A stretch of 64,000 nucleotides of DNA from Woeseiaceae bacterium (GTDB taxonomy: Bacteria > Pseudomonadota > Gammaproteobacteria > Steroidobacterales > Woeseiaceae), in NCBI GenBank assembly GCA_965232445.1, contig OZ246973.1, positions 2,483,874-2,547,873 of the forward strand. The letters run 5' to 3'. A program made the position numbers and the translations under genes. The notes under the pieces are model-generated. The model saw nothing but the letters and a program-made list of their open reading frames with translations. It had not been told where the DNA came from and made no database searches. How positions within the stretch are numbered: position 1 is the first letter of the stretch; every line of letters begins with the position of its first letter. This document shows positions 52,026 through 63,008 of the stretch, one piece after another.

Positions 52026-53912
52026 ATGAGTAGAAAGTACGACGCTGCGGACATTGAAGTCCTTAGCGGACTGGAGCCTGTCCGGCGACGGCCGGGCATG
52101 TACACCGATACCTCGCGGCCGAATCACCTTGCGCACGAGGTGGTCGACAACTCCGTCGACGAGGCGCTTGCCGGCCATTGCAAGAAGATCGAGGTCACGA
52201 TTCACGCCGACGGATCGCTGGAAGTCCACGACGACGGCCGCGGCATGCCGGTGGACAAGCACCCGAAAGAGAAGATTCCGGGTGTCGAGCTGATCCTGAC
52301 GCGGCTGCACGCGGGCGGCAAATTCTCGAACAAGAATTATCAGTACTCTGGCGGCCTGCACGGCGTCGGCGTATCCGTGGTCAACGCGTTGTCGAAGAAT
52401 CTCGAAGTCTGGATACGGCGCGGCGGCAAGGAATACAACATGAGCTTCGCCGGCGGCAAGAAGCGCGGCAAGCTCGAGGAAGTTGGCAAGGTAGGCAAGG
52501 CCAACACCGGCACGACGATCCGCTTCTGGCCCGATCCGAAGTACTTCGATTCGGCGAAATTCTCCGTCTCCCGCCTGAAACACGCGCTTCGCGCCAAGGC
52601 CGTGCTCTGTCCAGGGCTGACTGTCAAGCTCAAGGTCGCAAAACCGAAAGAGAAGCACGAATGGTGCTACTCGGGCGGGCTCGAAGAGTATCTGCTGGAA
52701 GCGATCGACGGCGCCGAAATTCTCCCGACCGAGCCGTTCAACGGCAGCATGTCGGGAAATAACGAGGCCGTGGACTGGGCGCTGGCATGGCAGACCGGCG
52801 GCACCCAGGCCGTTACCGAGAGTTACGTCAATCTGATTCCCACCGCGCAGGGCGGCACGCACGTCAACGGGCTTCGAACCGGCCTCACCAATGCGCTGCG
52901 CGAATTTTGCGATTTCCGCAGCCTGCTGCCGCGCGGCGTATCGCTTGCGCCGGAGGACGTCTGGGACGGGCTGAACTTCGTATTGAGCGCCAAGCTCGAG
53001 GATCCGCAATTCTCCGGGCAGACGAAGGAGCGGCTGTCGTCGCGCGAGTCGGCGGCGTTCGTGACGGGCGTCATCAAGGACGACTTCGCGATCTGGCTCA
53101 ATCAGCATCCCGAGACCGGCGACGCGATTGCGCAACTGGCCATCAACAAAGCACAGCAGCGTCTGAAAGCGGCGAAGAAAGTCGTCCGCAAGAAAGTCAC
53201 TTCCGGGCCGGCGCTGCCGGGCAAACTTGCCGACTGCACATCGCAGGAACCAGAGTTGTGTGAGCTGTTCCTTGTCGAGGGCGACTCGGCGGGCGGGTCG
53301 GCCAAGCAGGCGCGCGACCGCAACACGCAGGCGATCATGCCGCTGCGCGGCAAGATCCTAAATACCTGGGAAGTCGATTCGGCGGAGATCCTCAGTTCGC
53401 AGGAAGTGCACGACATTAGTGTTGCTCTGGGCGTGGATCCGGGCAGCAGCGACATCAGCAACCTGCGTTATCACAAAGTCTGCATTCTCGCGGACGCGGA
53501 TTCTGACGGGCTGCATATCGCGACTCTCCTGTGTGCGCTGTTCCTCCGGCATTTCCGCGAACTCGTGCTGGCCGGCCACGTTTACGTCGCGATGCCGCCG
53601 CTGTATCGCATCGACGTCGGCAGGGAGGTGTTCTATGCGCTGGACGACAGCGAGCGGAAAGGCATCCTCGACCGCATCGAGGCCGAGAAGAAGAAGGGCA
53701 AGATCACCGAAACGCGTTTCAAGGGGCTCGGCGAGATGGACCCCGAGCAGCTCCGAGAAACGACGATGAATCGCGACACGCGGCGGCTCGTGCAGCTGAC
53801 GATCAGCGGCCGCGACAAGACTGACCAGCTAATGGACATGCTGCTGGCCAAGAAGCGCGCCGGCGACCGGCGCAACTGGCTCGAAAGCAAAGGCGACCTC
53901 GCAGAGGTCTGA
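52026..53912 (+). CDS. parE: DNA topoisomerase IV subunit B
   Basis: 628 aa with [14 protein letters not shown], the GHKL ATPase motifs and Toprim EGDSAGG. The length fits ParE rather than GyrB, and it is followed by parC. Confidence 0.96.
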   Translation: MSRKYDAADIEVLSGLEPVRRRPGMYTDTSRPNHLAHEVVDNSVDEALAGHCKKIEVTIHADGSLEVHDDGRGMPVDKHPKEKIPGVELILTRLHAGGKFSNKNYQYSGGLHGVGVSVVNALSKNLEVWIRRGGKEYNMSFAGGKKRGKLEEVGKVGKANTGTTIRFWPDPKYFDSAKFSVSRLKHALRAKAVLCPGLTVKLKVAKPKEKHEWCYSGGLEEYLLEAIDGAEILPTEPFNGSMSGNNEAVDWALAWQTGGTQAVTESYVNLIPTAQGGTHVNGLRTGLTNALREFCDFRSLLPRGVSLAPEDVWDGLNFVLSAKLEDPQFSGQTKERLSSRESAAFVTGVIKDDFAIWLNQHPETGDAIAQLAINKAQQRLKAAKKVVRKKVTSGPALPGKLADCTSQEPELCELFLVEGDSAGGSAKQARDRNTQAIMPLRGKILNTWEVDSAEILSSQEVHDISVALGVDPGSSDISNLRYHKVCILADADSDGLHIATLLCALFLRHFRELVLAGHVYVAMPPLYRIDVGREVFYALDDSERKGILDRIEAEKKKGKITETRFKGLGEMDPEQLRETTMNRDTRRLVQLTISGRDKTDQLMDMLLAKKRAGDRRNWLESKGDLAEV

Positions 53913-53937
53913 TCAAGGGCCCGGGAACACGACTACC

Positions 53938-56202
53938 ATGCAGAACTCGTTGAATCTCGAGGGCGTCGAACAGCAAACCCTCAAGGAGTATGCCGAGAAG
54001 GCCTACCTCGATTACTCGATGTACGTCATTCTCGATCGCGCGCTGCCGCAGATCGGCGACGGCCTCAAGCCCGTCCAGCGCAGAATCATCTACGCGATGA
54101 GCGAGCTCGGTCTATCGGCGACGTCGAAGCCGAAGAAATCGGCGCGTACCGTCGGCGACGTGATCGGTAAGTTTCATCCGCACGGCGACTCCGCCTGCTA
54201 CGAAGCGATGGTGTTGATGGCGCAGGATTTCTCCTACCGCTACCCGATCGTGAGCGGGCAGGGCAACTGGGGATCGACCGACGACCCGAAATCCTTCGCC
54301 GCAATGCGCTACACCGAGTCGAAGCTCGCGCCGTACGCGAAGAGTCTGCTGCAGGAGCTGGGTCAGGGCACGGTCGACTGGGTGCCGAATTACGACGGCC
54401 AGCAGCTCGAACCGAGCCTGCTGCCGGCGCGGCTGCCCAACCTGCTACTCAACGGCACGACCGGAATCGCCGTCGGCATGTCGACCGATATGCCTCCGCA
54501 CAATCTCAACGAAGTCGTCAGCGCGCTCGTGCATCTGATCGATACGCCGAAGGCGACGACCGCGGCACTGATGAAGCACATCAAAGGCCCCGACTTCCCG
54601 ACCGGCGGCGAGCTCGTATCGGCCAAAGCGGACATCAAGGATATCTACGAGAGCGGTTCGGGCACGCTGAGATTGCGCGCCAAGTACCGAGTGGAGGACG
54701 GCAACATCGTCATCTACGAGCTGCCGCACCAGATCTCGGGCAGGAAGGTCCAGGAGCAGATCGCGCAGCAGATCACCGGCAAGAAGCTGCCTCAGGCGAC
54801 AGACATCCGCGACGAGTCTGATCTCGATGAGCCTACGCGCCTCGTTATCGACAAGAAGCGCGGTGTCGACGCCGATGAGCTGATGTTGCATCTGTTTGCG
54901 ACGACCTCGCTCGAACGCACGCTGCGCGTAAACATGAACATCATCGGCCTGAACGGCAGGCCGAGGCTGTTCAATCTCGTCGGCGTGCTCAAGGAGTGGC
55001 TGACCTTCCGCAAGGAAACGGTCAAACGCCGCCTCGCGCATCGGCTGCAGATCGTCATCGATCGACTGCACATCCTCGACGGTCTGCTTGCCGCCTATCT
55101 GAACATCGACGAGGTCATCGCAATCATCCGCTCGGAAGACGAACCGAAACCGGTTCTGATGAAGCGCTTCAAGCTCACCGACGTCCAGGCCGAAGCGATC
55201 CTCAACCTGCGCCTCCGGAATCTCGCCAAGCTCGAGGAGATGAAGATCCGCGGCGAGCAGGAGGAGCTCAACGAAGAGCGCGACGTTCTCGAGAAAACGC
55301 TGAAGAGCGCTGCGCGCCTCAAGACATTGATCAAGAAGGAGCTGCTCGAGGACGCCGAGGCCTACGGCGACGAACGCCGCACGGAGATTGTCGAACGCGA
55401 AGCGGCGCAGGCGATCGACGAAACGCAGCTTGTAGCCAGCGAGCCCGTCACCGTCGTTCTTTCGCAGCGTGGTTATGCGCGAGCTGCCAAGGGGCACGAG
55501 ATCGATCCGACGTCGCTCAGCTACAAATCAGGTGACAACTATCTCGCGGCAGCGCAGGGCCGCAGCAATCAGCAGGCGATGTTCATCGACAGTACGGGCC
55601 GCGTGTACAGCCTGATCGCACATACGCTGCCGTCCGCGCGAGGGCAGGGCGAGCCTCTGTCGGGCCGTTTCAAGCCGCCCGACGGTGCCGAATTCTGCGG
55701 TGCGATGATTGGTGACGACGAGCAGCGGTATGTGCTGGCCAGCGATTCGGGCTACGGCTTCGTCGCGACTCTCAGCGATCTCGCCTCGCGCAACAAGGCG
55801 GGCAAAGCCGTATTGCGAGTGCCGCAGGGCGGCCGGGCGGTCGTACCGGCCCTGGTGCCCAAGGACACCGAATGCCTGATTGCGGCGGTGAGTTCAATCG
55901 GCCGGCTGCTGATGTTCGAAATGGAAGAGTTGCCGGAGCTGGCGAAAGGCAAGGGCAACAAGCTGATCAATATCCCGACGCCGAAATACAAATCCGGCGA
56001 GGAACGCCTCGTCGCCATCGCGGTTATTCCCGAAGACGGCGATCTTCTGGTTCACTCCGGAAAGCGTGTCATGACGCTCAAGTGGAATGACACGGATCCG
56101 TACTACGGCGAGCGCGCGCTACGCGGGCGTATGCTGCCGCAGGGGTGGCGAAAGGTAGAGCGGCTGGCGGGGATACCGCCCAAGTCAGCCGGGGGGGACT
56201 GA
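53938..56202 (+). CDS. parC: DNA topoisomerase IV subunit A
   Basis: 754 aa with [14 protein letters not shown] and the active-site region AAMRYTE. Confidence 0.96.
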   Translation: MQNSLNLEGVEQQTLKEYAEKAYLDYSMYVILDRALPQIGDGLKPVQRRIIYAMSELGLSATSKPKKSARTVGDVIGKFHPHGDSACYEAMVLMAQDFSYRYPIVSGQGNWGSTDDPKSFAAMRYTESKLAPYAKSLLQELGQGTVDWVPNYDGQQLEPSLLPARLPNLLLNGTTGIAVGMSTDMPPHNLNEVVSALVHLIDTPKATTAALMKHIKGPDFPTGGELVSAKADIKDIYESGSGTLRLRAKYRVEDGNIVIYELPHQISGRKVQEQIAQQITGKKLPQATDIRDESDLDEPTRLVIDKKRGVDADELMLHLFATTSLERTLRVNMNIIGLNGRPRLFNLVGVLKEWLTFRKETVKRRLAHRLQIVIDRLHILDGLLAAYLNIDEVIAIIRSEDEPKPVLMKRFKLTDVQAEAILNLRLRNLAKLEEMKIRGEQEELNEERDVLEKTLKSAARLKTLIKKELLEDAEAYGDERRTEIVEREAAQAIDETQLVASEPVTVVLSQRGYARAAKGHEIDPTSLSYKSGDNYLAAAQGRSNQQAMFIDSTGRVYSLIAHTLPSARGQGEPLSGRFKPPDGAEFCGAMIGDDEQRYVLASDSGYGFVATLSDLASRNKAGKAVLRVPQGGRAVVPALVPKDTECLIAAVSSIGRLLMFEMEELPELAKGKGNKLINIPTPKYKSGEERLVAIAVIPEDGDLLVHSGKRVMTLKWNDTDPYYGERALRGRMLPQGWRKVERLAGIPPKSAGGD

Positions 56203-56226
56203 CCCGGGCGGATTACGAAAGGCCCG

Positions 56227-58290
56227 TTACAGGGCTTTCGTGTCTACCGTGCCCGATTCGACTTCCATCTCGACGGTGTCGTCGGAGTTTTTCGGCGGCA
56301 TCTCGACGGTCTCGTCGGTCGATTCCATCTCAGCCGTGGCCTCTTCCGCTGACTGCAGGTTCGCCGTCACATCGAGTTCGGTCACGGTCGCCTTCGGTAA
56401 CTCCTGGGTCTTGTTCTCGTCAGCCTTCGTCTGACGGACCGTCGCGTCCTCGTCTTCCTCGACGTTGTTGGCGAGGTCCGCAGCGGCCTTCTCGATCTCC
56501 ATGTTGAGCGCCTGCGTCGCGGTCAGCTCCTCTTCGTAGTCCTGCTCGAGGATCTGATAGTCGATTTCCTGGCTGACCGTGTAGCTGTCGCTGATCAGGG
56601 TCTCGTCACCACCGGGTACCGGTACCGCTTGAAGGTCCTGCTGCGTGACGTCGTCGTGATTCGGCATCTTGGTGGCGTCAACGATGACAGACATGTCGTA
56701 ATCGTCGTCGTCCGGCAGGATCTCGCTTTCGAGGATCGAGCTCGCCTCGATGCTCGGCGCCGAAATGATGTCGGTGATCGGTGCCTCGCCCGTATCTTCC
56801 GTCTCGTCCGGGAATTCGAGATCGAGCTCTGCGTCCGCACCGTCGAAACCGAGGTCCTCCGCGATCTCGACGTCGATACCTTCATCGAAGCCCGTGCCCA
56901 TGACCAGATCGGCGTCCAACGCGAGATTCTCTTCCGTCGGATCGTCGTCATCGACCATGAGCTCTTCGAGCTCCGGCATCGTCTCGTAGTGATCGGTGTG
57001 ACGGCGCATCGGATGCGGCGCAGCGACTACCGCCGTCGAAACCTCGTCATCGTCGTCGTTGCGACGGCGACGGCCGAACACCAGCAAGCCGGCGATGAGC
57101 GCCAGACCGCCACCGACCAGATAGTAGAGCCAGCTGACTCTCCGTTGCGGCGCCTCCGGCGTCACGATATTCGCAACCGTGCCGTTCGGCGAGTCGCCGA
57201 GTGCCGGCGCTTCCAGTTCGGTGTCCGGAATGACGATGCTCGAGTCCTCGACCACCAGGTCGCCCGTTTCGAGCTCGGCCAATGCCGCGTCGTCCAGCGC
57301 GTCAATCGCGGTCACGGGAGCGGCGACCGGAGCATCGGCCGGTGCCAGCGCTGACGTGTCGTCCGCCGTCGTCGCCGCGGGTTCGACGGTGGGTGAAACC
57401 TCGTTTCCGAAAGCGCCGGAAGAAGCCGGGGGTTCGTACGCCGAATCGGGCGCGACGCTCAGCTCAGCCGTCGAGTTCGAAGTCGCCGTGGTCGTTGATG
57501 TCTCCGTGCTGAACGCTGTGGTCTCGCCGCCGCTCAGGTCCGGGATGGTGAGCCAGCTGCCAGCCTTTAGCTTGTTCGGGTCGTCATCGATGAACGCGCC
57601 CGGGTTGGCGTCGAAGATCCGCGCCGCGGCATCCCAAAGGCCGATCTGCCGGCCGTCGACGCGCTGTGCGATCAACGACAGCGAATCGCCCGGCTGCACG
57701 CGGTAGCGCTGGCCGTCGATTGGATCCGCCTCGGCGGCGACCGGCGCCCTTGTCGGCCGTCGCGGCTCCTGTACGGCAACGCGCGGTGTTGCCTGTTCGG
57801 CGGCTGCTGCCACCGGCGTCGTAACCGGGACCGCCTCGACAGCCGGAGCTGCCGGGTCGATGAAGAGCATGTACTCACGGCTCAGGTTCGGCGTGTAGGG
57901 GCAGGCGACGTCCACGCGCAACGTCATCAGCGGTTCGCGGATTGCCGCGCGTCCGGTCAGAGAAATAATCCCGTCCGCGACCGTGATGTTGGCGCTGGTG
58001 ATCGCCGGCAGGCCGTTGTTGGCCAGGCCGGGCTTCAGCGTGATGCAGTAGTTCGCGATCTGCTCGTTCGGCTGCAGCGCATAGGCGATGCTGGCGCGTA
58101 GCGGCTGACCCAGCGTCGACTGCACGTTTATCTCGCCGAGTTCGAGCGCTGCGGCGGGTGCCGCCGCCATACTCGTGCCAACCGCAAGCAGAGCGGGCAG
58201 TAGTGACCGTCTGGAATCTTTCACTGTAGTAGTCCCCTGTGGCGCGTCATCGAGAGCAGGAATAACCCGTCTTCCGTTCTCATACGACAT
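56227..58290 (-). CDS. FimV/HubP-like protein (FimV N-terminal motif + LysM + TM + highly acidic cytoplasmic tail)
   Basis: LELGEINVQSTLGQPLRASIAYAL resembles the FimV N-terminal motif. LysM-like YRVQPGDSLSLIAQRV...LKAGSWLTIP is present. There is a single TM (WLYYLVGGGLALIAGLLVF), followed by a D/E-rich tail of about 290 aa. Confidence 0.8.
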   Translation of the reverse strand: MSYENGRRVIPALDDAPQGTTTVKDSRRSLLPALLAVGTSMAAAPAAALELGEINVQSTLGQPLRASIAYALQPNEQIANYCITLKPGLANNGLPAITSANITVADGIISLTGRAAIREPLMTLRVDVACPYTPNLSREYMLFIDPAAPAVEAVPVTTPVAAAAEQATPRVAVQEPRRPTRAPVAAEADPIDGQRYRVQPGDSLSLIAQRVDGRQIGLWDAAARIFDANPGAFIDDDPNKLKAGSWLTIPDLSGGETTAFSTETSTTTATSNSTAELSVAPDSAYEPPASSGAFGNEVSPTVEPAATTADDTSALAPADAPVAAPVTAIDALDDAALAELETGDLVVEDSSIVIPDTELEAPALGDSPNGTVANIVTPEAPQRRVSWLYYLVGGGLALIAGLLVFGRRRRNDDDDEVSTAVVAAPHPMRRHTDHYETMPELEELMVDDDDPTEENLALDADLVMGTGFDEGIDVEIAEDLGFDGADAELDLEFPDETEDTGEAPITDIISAPSIEASSILESEILPDDDDYDMSVIVDATKMPNHDDVTQQDLQAVPVPGGDETLISDSYTVSQEIDYQILEQDYEEELTATQALNMEIEKAAADLANNVEEDEDATVRQTKADENKTQELPKATVTELDVTANLQSAEEATAEMESTDETVEMPPKNSDDTVEMEVESGTVDTKAL

Positions 58291-58379
58291 TCTATGATTT
58301 GCGGGTGCACCGCCGATACGGCGTGGTTCCGGCGGGCAAGTGTGAACTCCGTCACACTTTGCCGGGAGGCGGAGTTAAC

Positions 58380-60488
58380 TTAACTTGAGCCTGCGGCCTG
58401 CAGGTCTTCGAGCGTCGTGAAGCTGCCGCTGTCCTGGTCTTCGAGGACGACTTCGGGCTCGTGGACATAATGCCCCTGCATGAAGTCGAGACCGAGCTGG
58501 AACAGGACCGCCATCGCGTTGGCGTTTTCGACGCGTTCGGCGATCGTCTTGATATTGCGCTCCTGCGCGCCCTTGACGATCTTGTCCACGCTCGACTGCA
58601 TCTGCGAATCGGTCATCAGCGAATGCATAAGCTCGCCATCGATCTTGATGTAGTCGGGCTTCAGAAGATCGAGAATCTGGAAACGCTCCTGATCGACGCC
58701 GTAGTGCTCGAGCGCGAAGCCGACTCCAAGCTTCTTGAGCTTGTCGACGAGTGTCTGAGCCTGCTTGATGTGCTTCGCCGCGTCCTTCTCGGGGATCTGG
58801 GTGACGAGTCGCGATGCTTCGAATCCGGCGCGTTCGAATTCCTGCTGCATCCATGAAGCCGTGGTCGAGTCGACCAGTGACTGTTTGGAAAGACGCACGA
58901 AAACGCGGTCGGCCTCGTTGCTTCCACAGAACTCGATCGCCGCCTTGATCATCCAGCGATCGATGTTCTTCATCATGTTGTTGCGTTCCGCGGCCGGCAG
59001 GAAGTCGGACGGTAGAACGGCATTGCCTTGTTCGTCGATCATGCGGACGAGCAGGTCGTACATCGAGACGCCATCGGTCCGTAGCCCCGCGATCGGGAGC
59101 TGTGCCAGCCGGAAGCGGTTGTCCATCAGTGCGGCCTTCAGATGCTTTACCCAGATCGCATCGAACTCGCGTTGCTTGGTGTTCTCGTCGGTCGATTCGT
59201 CGAGGAATGCCGTATTGCCGCCGGCCTTTTTACCAAGTGCGTGCGCGGCGACGGTCGATGCAACCAGTTCCTCCAGGCTGCCGAATACCTCGGTCACCGG
59301 ACAGACGCCGACCGTGCACGTCATGCGGGTCGATTTGTCGCCAACCTCGAACGTCGTCCGGTCGATCTTCCTGGCCATCTGCTGACCCCAGACGAGGCCA
59401 TCGTTGGCGTTGCCGCGCTCCATCAGCACCATGATCGACGTGCCTTCGAACCGTCCGGCAACGTCGCGCGGGTGCAGGCGCTTTCGCACGATCTCCGAGA
59501 ACTGTGCCAGCAGTTCTTCCGAGTCGATGATGCCGACCTTGTCCCGCACTTCCCTGAAGTTGTCGAGCTTGACGTACACCAGCAGGTGAAGACCGGACTT
59601 GGGCTTCTTCGCCAGTCGCTTCTTGAGCCGCTCGAGGAACTGCGCGCGATGGAAGAACAGCGTTGTCGGATCCCGCTTCAACGCGTCGTGCACGAGCTTG
59701 GTGGGCTCGACCGCGGGTTTGTCGTCCGCCGCGATGCTGATCTGCACGCAGGGTGCGCCATCATATTCGATGCACGTGAATCGGAGGTTCATCTTCGTCG
59801 GCGATTCGCCGCCATCCGAGAGCCGCGCTTCGAGCTTCTCGCCCGCCTGCCACTTGCCGGCGACGGTAGCGACCAGCGCTCCCTTCAGCGCCGCGTGGTC
59901 GTCGCTGACGAAGCTGTCCATCAGCGGCATACCGCAGACGTCGTCAGCTTTCTCGTTTCTCGTGAGCTTGAGCCAGGCCGCATTCACTTCGACGACGATG
60001 CCTTCCTGCACGAGTGCAATGGCCGCTGTCGTCGCCTGCATCAAATCGCGGATCTGACGCTTGTAGCCGGAAGCCGACTGGATCGTGGAATTGAGGGCGC
60101 GTTCCGCGCGCAGCGCGCGCAGTTCCCTGGTGACTACCGCGGTCAGCCGCTTGCGCATGCCGATGGAGACCAGATCGACGGCGCCACTCTTCATCGCCGA
60201 GTGGATGGCCATCTCGCTGGCCTCTTCCTTGAGCGCGATGACCGGTACTTCCGGATTGAAGACGTCCTTCTGTTTGACGACCTGCCGGATCGAATCGCTG
60301 TAGCTGTCGCAGTTGAGGATGACCAGTTCGACCTGGTGCCTCGACAGCGTGTCGTTCAGGGATTTGGGCTTCGCCACCCAATGACAGTGCGCGGCATGAC
60401 CTTCGTCGCGCAGCGTGCTGTTGATGAGCTGAACGTCGTCTTCGTTGTCCGAGAGTACCGCGATGGAGATGCTGTGTTTGCCGCCCAA
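58380..60488 (-). CDS. FimX-like REC-PAS-GGDEF-EAL protein with degenerate signature motifs
   Basis: 702 aa. REC-like N-terminus with Asn at the expected phospho-acceptor position (ELVILNCDS). The GGDEF position reads RFEGTS, and the EAL position reads YDLLVRM. DDFG reads EHYG and EGVE reads ERVE. Confidence 0.85.
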   Translation of the reverse strand: MGGKHSISIAVLSDNEDDVQLINSTLRDEGHAAHCHWVAKPKSLNDTLSRHQVELVILNCDSYSDSIRQVVKQKDVFNPEVPVIALKEEASEMAIHSAMKSGAVDLVSIGMRKRLTAVVTRELRALRAERALNSTIQSASGYKRQIRDLMQATTAAIALVQEGIVVEVNAAWLKLTRNEKADDVCGMPLMDSFVSDDHAALKGALVATVAGKWQAGEKLEARLSDGGESPTKMNLRFTCIEYDGAPCVQISIAADDKPAVEPTKLVHDALKRDPTTLFFHRAQFLERLKKRLAKKPKSGLHLLVYVKLDNFREVRDKVGIIDSEELLAQFSEIVRKRLHPRDVAGRFEGTSIMVLMERGNANDGLVWGQQMARKIDRTTFEVGDKSTRMTCTVGVCPVTEVFGSLEELVASTVAAHALGKKAGGNTAFLDESTDENTKQREFDAIWVKHLKAALMDNRFRLAQLPIAGLRTDGVSMYDLLVRMIDEQGNAVLPSDFLPAAERNNMMKNIDRWMIKAAIEFCGSNEADRVFVRLSKQSLVDSTTASWMQQEFERAGFEASRLVTQIPEKDAAKHIKQAQTLVDKLKKLGVGFALEHYGVDQERFQILDLLKPDYIKIDGELMHSLMTDSQMQSSVDKIVKGAQERNIKTIAERVENANAMAVLFQLGLDFMQGHYVHEPEVVLEDQDSGSFTTLEDLQAAGSS

Positions 60489-61033
60489 GCTGCGTCCTTT
60501 GCGATGCGTCAGATACCGTCCCCTGGTACCTGAATTTTGTTCAGTATTGAGAGTTTATCCCCGCCTGAGCCGGGAGTCCGCACCGGGATGGCAAAACCGT
60601 GACGAGCCTCTGATTTTTGGCCGCTGCTTGTCGATTACGGTCGCCTAATCAGGCACTTAGGGACCCATGGCGGTCCTCGCGCTGCGAGCTGTCCGCACAG
60701 TCCACTTCGCCGCCCGGCAGCAGGGTTCGCAGGAGCGAAACTTCGGCCTGACTCGACCGTCTGCCATGCACCTGAGTCACGGCAATGCCGCCCGACATCG
60801 CCCTTGCCCGACCGCTGCAAGCTGACCGTTCCGGCCGTCTTTCTTGCGCCTCTCACGGGGGCGTTTCCGTCGTCGCCGCTGTCCGCCGCCGTGGCCCGGG
60901 AATTCCGCCTCGTCCCGATCTTCAATCTGCCCCAATTCGCCACTGGCGGCGCGCGACGAACCCGGTATGATACCGGCCTGCCGCAGTGGGCGGCCGACAG
61001 CTTCTGACGCGCTCGGAGCGCAGCGAGAGACCA

Positions 61034-61600
61034 ATGGCGAGCTACAGCACCAACGAATTCCGGTCCGGCTTGAGGATCATCATCGACAAGGATCCCTGCA
61101 TCATCGTCGAGAACGAGTTCGTCAAACCCGGCAAAGGGCAGGCGTTCAACCGGGTCAGAATCCGCAATCTGAAGACCGGTAAGACGGTCGACAAGACTTT
61201 CAAGTCGGGCGAGTCGGTCGAGGCCGCGGACGTGCTGGATACCGAAATGCAGTATCTGTACACCGACGGCGAGTTCTGGCACTTCATGGTGCAGGATACG
61301 TTCGAACAATATGCGGCCGACTCGGCTGCTGTCGGCGACGCGGCCAACTGGATCACAGACGGCGACGTCTGTCAGATCACTCTGTGGAATAACGCGCCGC
61401 TGATCGTCGAGCCGCCAAACTTCGTCGAACTCGAAATCACCGAGACGGACCCGGGCGTCAAGGGCGACACTGCAAGCGGTGGCGTCAAGCCGGCGACACT
61501 GTCGACGGGTGCGGTCGTTCGAGTGCCGCTATTCGTCGATCAGGGCGAGGTGATCAAAGTCGATACGCGCTCGAAGGAATACGTCAGCCGCGTCAAATGA
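61034..61600 (+). CDS. efp: elongation factor P
   Basis: [50 protein letters not shown] has the Lys-type loop (PGKGQA). The start is re-called to ATG 61034. Confidence 0.97.
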   Translation: MASYSTNEFRSGLRIIIDKDPCIIVENEFVKPGKGQAFNRVRIRNLKTGKTVDKTFKSGESVEAADVLDTEMQYLYTDGEFWHFMVQDTFEQYAADSAAVGDAANWITDGDVCQITLWNNAPLIVEPPNFVELEITETDPGVKGDTASGGVKPATLSTGAVVRVPLFVDQGEVIKVDTRSKEYVSRVK

Positions 61601-62060
61601 ACTCGCGGCCACGGACCGCACTGTCGCAGTAGGTCCGGGCCAGCATCTCGACACCCGCCTGATCCGCCTCATCGAAACGGTCCAGCGACGGGCTGTCGAT
61701 ATCGAGCACGCCGACCAGCGTGCCGTCCACCGTCAGCGGCACCACGACTTCCGATCGGGATGCCGCGTCACAGACGATGTGCCCCGGAAACTCATGCACG
61801 TCCCGGACGTGCTGCGTCTCCAGCGTTGCCGCGGCCGTGCCGCAGACACCGCTCCCGAGTGGAATGTGGACACAGGCCGGCTGTCCCTGGAATGGGCCCA
61901 GGACGAGTTCGTCTCCGCGCAGCACGTAAATTCCGAGCCAGTTGACGTCGTCCAGCGCGTTATAGAGCAATGCGACGAAGTTGGCAGCGTTTGCCAGCGC
62001 ATCGGGCTCTCCGTCGAGCAGCGCTTTCAGCTGTGCGTCGAGAAGTCGGTAGTCAGTCAT
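61593..62060 (-). CDS. GAF-domain protein, free methionine-(R)-sulfoxide reductase (MsrC/YebR)-like
   Basis: 155 aa. [38 protein letters not shown] is typical of the small single-GAF MsrC family. Its 3' end overlaps the efp stop by 8 nt (convergent genes). Confidence 0.82.
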   Translation of the reverse strand: MTDYRLLDAQLKALLDGEPDALANAANFVALLYNALDDVNWLGIYVLRGDELVLGPFQGQPACVHIPLGSGVCGTAAATLETQHVRDVHEFPGHIVCDAASRSEVVVPLTVDGTLVGVLDIDSPSLDRFDEADQAGVEMLARTYCDSAVRGREFI

Positions 62061-62069
62061 CCATCCACC

Positions 62070-63008
62070 TCATGAGAACGTCACGACGTCACGGATGTCG
62101 TCGCACTCTTCGACGAACATGTGGAGGCGCTCGAAGCCGAGTGCAACCCCAGCGCAGTCGGGCAGTCCGGCGCGCAGCGCGTCAAGAAAATCCTCGTCTG
62201 GCGCAGGCGTGGGCAGTCCCTGCCTCCGCCGATCTTCGATATCCGTCTGCATCCGCTCGGCCTGTTCGTCGGCATCGGTGAGTTCGACAAAGCCGTTGGC
62301 GAGTTCGACGTTGCCGATGAAGACTTCGAAGCGGTCGGCGACGGCCGGGTTCTCCGGGTTGCAACGCGCGAGGGCTGCCTGGCTGATCGGATAATGGCGG
62401 ATGACGGTGAGCGAGTCGCCTGGCAGACTCGGTGCCACGCGCGTCGCAAGCAGCAGGTCGAGCCAGTCATCGCGGCGGCTGCCGAGCGAGGCGGCGAGTT
62501 CGTCGTCGGCTTCCGCGGCGTGCGCGAGTTCGTCGATGCTGGCCGTGAGCGGATCGACGCCGGCGAACTGCTGCACGACGTCCGCGTAGTCGATGACGGG
62601 CACGTCGTGGGCAAGTTCCGGCCGCGACGCGATGAACGCGATCAGCGTGAGCGTATCGCGAATGATGTCGTCCAGGCCGAAGCCGTGCCGGTACCACTCG
62701 ACCATCGTGAACTCCGGCAGGTGCAGCCGGCCGCGCTCCTCGTCGCGAAACACGCGCGCGATACTGAAGATGTCCGGATAGCCGCCGGCGAGCAGCCGCT
62801 TCATCGCGAATTCGGGCGACGTCGACAAGTAGCGGCCGCTGTCCGTCCGGATGCTTGCAATGTTGGGATCGGTCACCGTCGTGTGAGACAGAGCGGGCGT
62901 GTCGACTTCCAGAACCGAGCGTGCTTCGAAGTAACGGCGTACTCGCGCCAGCAGGTCGGCACGGCGCTTCGCGAGCGTTGCATCACAGTTGGGGCGCCAT
63001 TCCGTCAT
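62070..63008 (-). CDS. epmA: EF-P beta-lysine ligase (lysyl-tRNA synthetase-like EpmA)
   Basis: RRADLLARVRRYFEARSVLEVDTPAL...TSPEFAMKRLLAGG...FRDEERGRLHLPEFTMVEWY are class II aaRS-like motifs. The start is re-called to ATG 63008, which overlaps the psd stop (ATGA). Confidence 0.9.
   Translation of the reverse strand: MTEWRPNCDATLAKRRADLLARVRRYFEARSVLEVDTPALSHTTVTDPNIASIRTDSGRYLSTSPEFAMKRLLAGGYPDIFSIARVFRDEERGRLHLPEFTMVEWYRHGFGLDDIIRDTLTLIAFIASRPELAHDVPVIDYADVVQQFAGVDPLTASIDELAHAAEADDELAASLGSRRDDWLDLLLATRVAPSLPGDSLTVIRHYPISQAALARCNPENPAVADRFEVFIGNVELANGFVELTDADEQAERMQTDIEDRRRQGLPTPAPDEDFLDALRAGLPDCAGVALGFERLHMFVEECDDIRDVVTFS

Noticed and set aside
60635-61309. 224-aa minus-strand ORF spanning the efp leader and the efp 5' end
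   Set aside because: It overlaps efp antisense. The upstream part has an Arg/Gly/Pro-rich composition with no recognisable domain.
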